From assembly GCF_009914755.1 (NCBI RefSeq), contig NC_060935.1: 64,000 bases of DNA. The stretch is one strand, 5' to 3'. The DNA comes from the human T2T-CHM13v2.0 reference genome, Homo sapiens. The stretch's first letter is position 1. The number at the start of each line of letters is the position of its first letter. The notes under the pieces were generated by a model. That model saw nothing but the letters and a program-made list of their open reading frames with translations, was not told the DNA's origin and made no database searches. The translations under genes were made by a program, and so were the position numbers. Shown here piece after piece: positions 54,190 through 64,000 of this stretch.

Positions 54190-54665
54190 CTGAAATCATT
54201 TTGGGCCTGATTTTGTCCCACAGTGTATTTGTTTTCCCTCCCAGTTTTGAAGCATGTGAACATTTGGCTAGAAGGCCATGACCTAATCCCAGCCATTAGG
54301 AAAAATGTTGATGGATACAAGAGTGAATCAGAGCCCTGAGGCAAGCCACTGGAGACTTCTCTCCAAGTTGACACTCTGCCTTATGAATACTGAAATTCAA
54401 TCCGTTTTAAACCCCTTTCTTTGGCTTGTCATTTGGCCCACATTTTTCCTGTCTTATCCTCCAGGATCTCATGAGAGATTTTGTCAAATGCCTTGCTGAC
54501 ATCCAGATATGCCAGATTTGCAGAATTACCCTGATGTACCAGTTCAGCAAACACATTTCATTTTTTTTAAAAGGAAAGAATTAAAAAGAGTGAGAGAGAG
54601 AGAAAGGAAAATAAAATTTAAAAAGGAAAAGAAAAATGAGATTTAATTTGGTGTGATATTCCTTT
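54190..54665 (-). mobile_element. L3/CR1 LINE RT fragment
   Basis: ORF 54183-54374 STWREVSSGLPQGS matches the CR1 RT motif WxxVxSGVPQGS. Confidence 0.75.
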
Positions 54666-56063
54666 TCCTGCTAATCCAAAGATATAAATTTGAACCCACA
54701 ATTTTTTTTTTGGTTATTTCATCTGGAATCCTGAGATTATAGGATATATTTCACAGTAGTCTCTAAAGCTCAGCAAAGAAATCCATGTGGATTTTCCAGG
54801 GAGGTTTCCCCTCCCCAAAGGAACATGTGCAGACTTAAGTGTGGTAAGTCATTAATACTAGCCTCCTTCTTTGTGTGATGGGAAGCGGGTGGTCATTCAC
54901 CCTCAAGCAGTGATTTTTTTTGGGAGCAGTGCAGAGAGGGGCATTTCCCTGTATAAATCTGAAGGCTTCAAAGTGGTCACTTCATACCATCTCATTTTGA
55001 GTCAGACCACCCTCACTACTGCTAAGAAGCCTTAATAAGTGTGTCTGTTCTTCTTGTGTATTGGAGAGGAAACAGGTAGAGAGTTGTTACCCTAAAGAGA
55101 AGGGAAAATTCTTTGAGCACATTTGAATGACAAAATTATATTTCTCATCGAGTTTCTTTTTAGAAAAAGGGAAGAAAATAGATGTGTCTTGGAATTCTGT
55201 CCATGAGACCACAGAAAAGAACTTTGACTCATAACTTCTTTAAGCAAATTCCTCCCCCAGCCCTTTGCCCCATGATGTGTTGATTCATTGTGAAAATCTA
55301 AAGCAAACCAAATTTCAGCACATACAGAAGCCAGAGTAGTCAGCATCAGGGAGATCATGCACTGCTATCATCCCTGGAAGACTGATGTTTCAAAGGCTCA
55401 GCTAATGTGCTTCCTGATGTACGGGTTAAAAAAGTGGGAGAAGCAAATTAATTACATTCAAAAGGAATTTAAAGGAGACTAATCAGTGCAGTGGAAGAGA
55501 CCAGGAGCTGTTTACAGATGTGCCAAGATGTAGAGAAATCAGTATTGGCTTTGTCTGGAAGAAGGAGTGGGGCTCCTCTTCTCTAGCTAATTAAAGCAAG
55601 CTTATCTGTAAATTTAGTTATTCATAAAGCTTGCTTCCACGGAGCTGCTGTTTTTCTAATAGGATGGGAAGGCTGGGTTTCTGTAAATGTGGGTCAGTCA
55701 TGTGATTAAGTGACCCAGATTTCCGCAGACAACCAAAAGAAAGAGCAGAGAGAGGATGTGCCAGCTCCTGACTGCACAGCACAGCATGGGCACACCTAAT
55801 GCCTCCTCCCTATGCTAAAGGCAGAGATTGAATGTGAATGTTTTCACTTGAAAATTGCATCATAGTATTACTCCTATAAGAAAGCAGCACCAAGCATCAG
55901 CTCTTTCTATTTCTTTTCAATTACTTCTCTTTCTACAGTCAGGAAGAGACCTTTTAAGCATTTAAATTACGGTACATCTTTAAATGCTGTAGCTATGTTT
56001 GAGTTATCTGGCATCCCAGGAAATGGGCTGGTGTTTCCAAGTGTCCGTAGGTAGAGAGTCTAG

Positions 56064-56410
<347 letters not shown>

Positions 56411-56607
56411 ACCTCTTGCTGATTTTAGACACCTCATCTCATCAGCATTTTCTTATCTGTTTTTACATTTTCATTATAATGTAGCAACTATTTTCATTGC
56501 ATGGTCAGCCAGTTTTTTACCTCTTATAAATTATATTCAAGATTACATGGTTTACTGGAGGAAAAGTAGAAAACATGAATATGCAAAACACAAAAGAAAA
56601 TAAAATT

Positions 56608-56886
<279 letters not shown>

Positions 56887-57614
56887 GTTAAAAGTGAGAA
56901 AATAAACTCATCCTTTCTACCACCACTCAGAAATAACCATTCTTATTATTTTGGGTCAACAACCAAGAGGCAGTTTTGTTATCTAGCTTGAAATCACAGC
57001 TCTGTCACTGTTCAGCTATGGGATTTGGGCAAATTACTTGATCTCTTTGTATTTCAGTTGCCTTGCTGATAAAATATGGACACCTACCTCAAGAAAATGC
57101 CTAGGAACATATACAAGACTTCAAACATAGTGAACATTCAATAAACGATTGTTGAAAAAGACATTGAATGAATGCATACATGAAACGTTTCCCATGTAGT
57201 ATAAAGTTGTTCATGTATCTGGTCCCTAGTTCATTGCCTACTGCAATCATAAAAGCATAAAGGAACTTCACCCAGTGCGTGAGCAATAAGTACATTATAA
57301 ATGTTAGTTATTATTATTGCCTGACACATCATTAATATTCATTAGATAGTTGTTGAATGAATGGATGTCAGTCACTGCCCTTGGGTAGTTTAAACTTGAG
57401 AGAAGACAAGAGAAGATTCATGAAACAATAAATACGTGGTGAGCCATTTGGTACTCAGTTTGAGGGGAGAGCTCCCCAGGGGCTGTTTTATTTGGGGATT
57501 TCCTTGGAATGTTCAGCTGATTAAACTGCTCCCATTACAGCTTGAGTGACACTGGGTAACAGATCTGGGACCGGATCCTACATCATCCCACCACGTAAGT
57601 GGACTATATCATGC

Positions 57615-57803
57615 CTTCATTCATTCATCTTTTCCCATTCCTTTTCAACAATGCTTACTGAGTGGCAGGAGCTGTGTGGGATTCTAGACAGCCAAAGACG
57701 TTTGCTGTTGCCACCGTCTTGTTAGGAGATCTGTGGCTCAGAGGGGATTCATAATGTACTGTGATAAATGCTATGAGCCAGCAATGCCCAAGGATTATGG
57801 GAG

Positions 57804-57838
<35 letters not shown>

Positions 57839-58500
57839 CAGAGGGAAGGAACGTCAGAGCGTCCTTTCCACAAGGAGGTCCAGTTGGAACCAGGTCCAAA
57901 TAGAGAAATAGGTATTATTCTAAACCAGGAACACAAGAGTAGCATTTGCAAAGATTAGGCAGAGTGAGAGAACTGGGAGGTGCATACAGCATGGCTAGAG
58001 CTCTGAGCTGCAGAGAGGCACGAAGGTTCTTTCTTTTAGTGGTGAGTGGGAGTGGTTACATTAAATGGTTTTAAAGCTGGGAGTGACAAGATCAAATCTG
58101 CATTTTGGAAAACTAGCCAAAATCTGTGTGTGTTGCAGGGTGAAGGAAAAGGTGGTGGGATAGACTGGGGCCAGGAACACTAGTTGTTGGAAACCAGAAA
58201 GAAGGGACTGAAGTAAGGGTAGGGGAGAAGGGATGAATTGAAGCACCCAACTCAAGATATTAGGGAGGGACAGTTCACAGAATTTGTTAACCAGTGGTTG
58301 TGTCTGTGTCTGTGTGGCTGGATGTAGGGGTAAGTGACTAAGAAGGAATTAATGATGCTTCTCAAGTTTCTGGCTTGTTGTGGTGTGCATGGAATGGTGA
58401 GACCTTTTATCTAGATTAAAAATATAGGAGACAGAGAAAGGTTAAGGCGAGAAGATCCTGTATAAGTGGATTTTGATGAGCCATTGACACATCAGGCAGA
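57615..58500 (-). mobile_element. L2 fragment(s) with (TG)n at 57807-57836
   Basis: ttcattcattcat..caacaatgcttactgag; gagtgacaagatcaaatctgcattttggaaa. Confidence 0.6.
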
Positions 58501-59917
58501 GCTTCTGAATGGGAGTGGTGCTGAGGAGGAACAGCAGTGGAGGAGAAGCTGGGAAGCATGGATTTCTTCATGCAGATCATCTCCTACTTGGGTCAATAGA
58601 TAGCTCTTGATTTTAAGTAGCTTCAGGAGCTAAGTTCTATCTTCTTAGAGTAATTGTCCTGTCAATACTGAACCATGGTATACTGTCCTTGTTCTAAATA
58701 CAGTACAAAGATCTTTTCTGGCACAGGGACTTAATCTGAGCTACTAATTTCCATTTTGGGGCTTTTTGCCAGGCTATTTGAGGCAGCATTTAGAAGCAGA
58801 GAAAAGTAGATTAGCACTGACTATCATTTTTTATGTTTAGACTCCAAGCTGATAAAGCAATGACATTTTTATTATTTCAGCATGGTTTTGTGGATGTGTC
58901 ACAATTATTTATATAGTTTTTTTTTAGGTAAAGGAAATTAAATTATTTGAGGAACTGTGCCCTCACCTTGTGGCTGAATCTATCTGGTGCTGCTCTTCCT
59001 TCTCCTTTCCCTCACTCCCTTACATGGTCAGGTCATTTTAAATATGTCCAGTCTTCAGAGGAGATGCCTCCTGATCTCCCAACTATCACTGAGGGGTGGA
59101 AGGTAGTGCTTATTCCTCATTTGTTTGATAGTGCTCAACACCTTGGGTTAAGATCTTTCCTGGAAGAGAAATGGTAGGGAAGCAATATGCAAAAGATGAA
59201 GACATGGCTATAATTTAATTCTTAATTGTTCTAAAGTGACGTATTTCAGACATAGCAGGATAAAGACTTGGGTACATGTTTCAACAGAATTTATTTAGGA
59301 TTTAATATTTTATACCAGATGTTAGGATTTCCTTGTGGAGGGATAAGGGATTGCATGTATATAAGCAACAGGGCCTGGTAGTTCTGACCTGAAGAAGCTT
59401 ATTCATTTCCTGGGGAAGATGGATTTTCAAAGAAATATATGCAAATCAATGAGAAAAGTACTATAATAAAAGAATATCCAAAATAGTATGGAGATTCAGA
59501 GCATAACTGCCTGGAAAATGCTAAGAAATTCTTTACAGAAGAATGCTTCGTGGGAAGTCTATAGGCTTGTCTGTCTTGTTTGGACCAGATGGCAGACTTG
59601 TTGAAGGTCATGTCCCTTTCCCTGAACTGGACTTTCTTTCCATTTTATCTGTGCTGCTTCAAATGCATTTGTTGCTTGGCTTTCTATGGCAGTTTCTTAG
59701 GCATAAGTCTTTTTCCTATACTCTCCTGGAACATCTTCAGGGCAAGACCCCTGTTTGTTCAGCTCTCCATCCCCTGCCATACCCAGTAGGTGCCATAGCA
59801 ACACATGAAATCTTACATTTTGTTCTCAGAACAGCACTGTAACATTGATGTTATTATTAGCACCATTTTTAAAGGTAAGAAAACTAACACACAGAGCATT
59901 GAAAACTTTTCTCAAGG

Positions 59918-60021
59918 TGTCTCAGTCAGTTTGGGCTGCTTTAACAAAATGCCATAGACTGGGTGGCTTAAACAACAGAAAATGGATTTCTCACAGTTCT
60001 GGAAACTAGGAAGTCTAAGAC
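59918..60021 (-). mobile_element. MLT1 LTR fragment
   Basis: gggctgctttaacaaaatgccatagactgggtggcttaaacaacagaaa..ctcacagttctgga. Confidence 0.8.
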
Positions 60022-63000
60022 CAGCTCGTAGATGAGTTTCTTGGGAACCTGGCTTTTGCCCATAACGGACCTAACAATGGTGACTACTGTTTTCTGTCCT
60101 GATGTCAGGCTAAGTATTCATAAACACCTTGACTTGATGTTTACAACTTCATAAGGTAGATTATTTGTATTCTTGTTTAAAGGTAAGAAAATAAGTTGGC
60201 AAATTTACAAGTATGGAGGAAAAGGCGTACATGCAAGGAAAGTTAAACAAAAATAGATTTAAATGGTAAAGACTAATGATATTAGAATATCTTAAGGCAG
60301 AACGGACCTAGTTGCCAGATGCCTGGTACTTAACAATAACTACCATTTATTGTGTTGTATGGATGTGGCTTATTTTTGGTGAAGCACTTTACAATAATCT
60401 TCACAGTAGCAGTTAGAAGTGAGGAAAATGGACTTTTCCTTTTACTGATAATAAAATAGAGGCACAGAGAAGGTAATTGCCGATGATCACATGAGTGTCA
60501 GGGTACGTGTCAGGTCTGTTTCCACTATTTATTCCCTTAAATACTATGGAATTAGAGCAACGTAACACACTGAGATGTTAAACTTGGAGTTTTTCTTTTT
60601 TACCCCGTCTTATGTATGGTCTCTGTCTAATCAACCAGTGTCTTCACATTACCTTGTGGAAAATCAGGGGCATTTTAGGCAGGAGCAGAGTAGGTGGGAG
60701 GCACGTCTGTAGAAAAGCAGTGGAAGCAAAAGAAAAAAGCCTGTTTTTTTTTTAAACTTTCAAAATAGACTCTTGAAGTCCACATCAAAAATGACAGTTT
60801 TAAAAGCAAAGTTTTTGATCTTAAGAGCTAAGTTTTGTTGAGAGAAGAAAGGGCTCCTGAAATAAAAAATAAAGTTCTTGTAAAGTCAGGAATAGAGTTT
60901 ATGCCATAATAGATTAGGAAAAAGACTAAAGGAAGATCTAAAAGCTTTCCTCCCTATATAATCCTCCCAAGACTAGGATCCTTAGGCTGGTAGAAAAGGA
61001 GAGTTAGGTAGGACTTGAGTAGGGAGCAGTCTCTTGGGCTGCTGTGATGGGACTGGGCCTGGGCTAACCCACAGGGAGAGAAGCAAAGCAAGTATGGAGA
61101 GTTTGTCCAGCACTAGCCATGACCATCTCAGGGCACCCAGCCTAAACCTATTCTCCTTCACTTTTGAAATGAACATCTGAAGTCACTGGGGTCAAGGAGC
61201 CATAGTGGTTGCTCACCATCACTTACCATGCCTTCCGAGGATGGATGTCTGCCTGCTGCTAATGGATTGACCACTAGAATCCATAGTCCTCCCAGTGCCC
61301 CAAGATTGTGCTGAGCTTTGACGTGAACCACTAAGTTTGGGCATTCTCCTTTTTCTATAAGGAGAATGAGGAACAGGATTGCCCTGCAAGGAAAACCAGT
61401 TCTTGTCTGAGTGAGAATGACTATTCAAAAGGAGAAGTGAAGAATACTCTAATATGGCCTCCTGGAGCAGGAATGACCAAAACAGGACCTCCAGGAATGG
61501 GTAGAAGCTGGGAGGACTGAGGGTGAGAGGAGCCTGAGAGGTCTGGGAGCAGGGTGAGCAAAAATGTAGTCCTGGAGAAGCACAGTTAGAGTTGAACAAG
61601 TGCTTCTTCAATCTTGTGGTTCTGGATTGGGGCCACATTCTGGCAAAAGAGCCTTTGAATGGCAGATTAGGGTTTAGACATCAGCTTGTGTGCAGGGGGA
61701 AGCCATCAAAGCTGTCTTTTGTTTGCCTGTTGATTTGTGTGACTTGATAAAATTCTCTACTGAGCATTTCTCATAGTACCCACTTAATTTTTAAAAACAA
61801 CTCCAGAGCAGTTAACAACTCCAAGTAGCCTAAGGCTGTGTAACTGAGAAGAGGTAGAAGTCAGCAGATTTGATTTTATATCCATGTGAGACAAAATTGT
61901 GTGCTTGTTCAAACCTTTCACTCTGTCTTCTGTTCCCTCCCCGATGTTTGATAATGCCAGAGCCCAGAGTGGACAGACTCTAAGTGGTATCTAGGGGACA
62001 GACCGTCGAAGACCCAGATGTGTTCCTGCAACCTTGCCAATAAGTATAAGTCCCTGACAGCCCCACCTCCCCAAGTGTTTCTAGCTTGTTTATTCCCAGG
62101 TTAGGTGTCCCCTTGTTCTCCTAATTTCTACCTCTCTGGGAAGCAAAATGAGTGTCAATCACCCCTAAGCCTTGGCCCCAATGCTGCAGGCAAATAGTTC
62201 TTTATCTCAACCTCTTAGTTCCTAGGTCTGTACTTTACACAGGATCAGTGTGTGTAATCTTTTGTTCTTTTGTCTTCACAGTAACTTAATTCCTGTGGTA
62301 AGGGAGGATCATGTGTATTCTTAAGTGTGGGTCCTTATTATTTGTATGTAGTTTGCATCTGTATTCTGTCAGCTCATTAGTTTGTCCACTTTTCATTCAG
62401 TTAATGACAAATGTGGAGTATGCAAATGTTTGACATTCAAAACAGACAGCTCTGCAGTTCTGTGCTTTTAGATCATTTACTCATTTCTTCTTAGAGATTT
62501 ATCTAAATTAGCATGACAGTGGCCGTGTTTCCTCATAGTTGTACGTGTCCTTTATGGAGTTATATTTGGCACCCCAGAATTAGGAATGAGATCGTTAACA
62601 TCAACAATTCATTGAGATAAACAGGACCAGTGTCCTTGTGCTCTTTTCATAGATGAGGAATCCACAATACCCAAGAGGTGCACTACTGTCTGGTGAGGTG
62701 GTGGTGATGGCTCAGAATGCTCACTTGTGTTCATTCCTTTGGCATTCAGCTTTACACTCAGGGTAGAAGCAGCTATGATTTCTCCCATAAGAACAGCCAG
62801 GTCTGTGCTGGTTTATCACATGCAGTTCTGTGCTTTTAGGTCATTTACTCATTGGCCAGTTCATGTCTCTGGGGAGACATGCACGCACGCACACACGTTA
62901 TATTCCAGCCAAATCGAACCATGCTTATTTTCCAGAATGTTCCATACATTTTCCTACCTCTAAGTATCTGCAGACATTGTTGTTCTTGTTACTAGTATTA

Positions 63001-64000
63001 CAAAATAATAATAATGATAAAAATAGCTATCAATTATTGAGTGCTAATATCTTAACTCACATTTTCTTATTTAGTGTTACTATTTTCATGTTTAAGAGAT
63101 GAAGAAATAAGGTTTGGGGCATTTGGTGAGCCAGGACGTATTTCTGTCTCACTCTAAAGCTGCTCCCTCTGCCTCAGCGCTGCTTTCTTCCTGGTCACCT
63201 GGCTGACCGCAATTTATCCTTGGGACTCAGGGTATCTGTCTCTTGCTCTCTACCCCTCCCCACAAATCCCCAATCTATACTAAATGCTGCTCCCTTGAAG
63301 TGTCTACACCACCCTATACTGTAATGTAGCACATTGCACACTGCACTACATTGGATAGCTTATCTGGCTAACTCCTTTACTACAGAAAGGGACCACCACA
63401 TCTGTCTGGTTTCCTGTTGTATCTCCAGGCTGAGTAGTGCTAGACTGTCATTGCTCAATAAAGGTGAAATAAGTGGCTGAAAATGACTTGGCAATTGTGG
63501 AAGGAGAAAGCTCCCCAGAACCCTTCAGCTATATAGAGATTGTTGCTCTTGAAGCCCCTCCTCTCCTAGCCCATAGCAGGTGATCAGCAAATATTTGTTG
63601 ATTGACTGAATGAATCTGATGAAGAGGAGTCTGAGCAATTAGTGACAGGGAGCTTTGGGAATCTGGCAGTGCCTCAGTTGCGGGTTGGAGGAGTAGGAGG
63701 AACTAGGGGCAGTGGGACGGGTATGGGTGTGAGTGTCTGATCCCATCTCTGAGTTGCTAACAGGCCATCTTTTATTTGGTTTTTGTGAGTTTCTGTTTTC
63801 TAAGTGGAACCTAAATGTCAGTTATGTAGGCAAAGAACAAAATAATTCTCTAGCTGCTATTTCTTTTCCAGCTGGCTTTATACCTACCATTAGAGAGAGA
63901 TGAAAGAGACCTATGGAAGGCAGATCTTACCTGGTTTTACATGCACATGTGTACCTGTGTGTGTGTGCCTGAGTGTGTGTATGCACACACACTCATGTGT

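Noticed and set aside
61219-61638. 139-aa minus-strand ORF
   Set aside because: No domain similarity or splice support; probably chance within degenerate repeat sequence

Overview
Human (primate) genomic DNA from the 5' part of the giant atypical cadherin gene FAT3 (+ strand). The window is almost entirely intronic. Its one clear coding exon is the 3,309-nt first coding exon (22833-26141), made of a 17-nt leader plus 3,292 nt encoding the signal peptide and about 9.5 cadherin repeats. The flanking introns hold two antisense processed pseudogenes (NDUFB11, PGAM1), 13 Alus, a 5'-inverted L1PA2, older L1/L2/CR1/MIR fragments, MLT LTRs, MER DNA transposons and microsatellites. Most striking observation: the exon length is an exact multiple of 3 and the main frame has no stop across the back-splice junction (..AGT G|GA TGG AAG TAT GAT GTG ATG..). 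A circular RNA of this exon would therefore carry an endless 1,103-codon cadherin ORF (rolling-circle translation candidate), and a second acceptor 42 nt upstream preserves that property. Other items: two micro-uORFs packed against the FAT3 start codon, a possible intronic-polyA secreted isoform, a ~210-bp direct repeat with a tRNA-Ile-like SINE head bracketing a strong CTCF motif, and several template-switch scars. Repeat subfamily names come from recalled consensus sequences, not a RepeatMasker run, and boundaries of old repeats are approximate.
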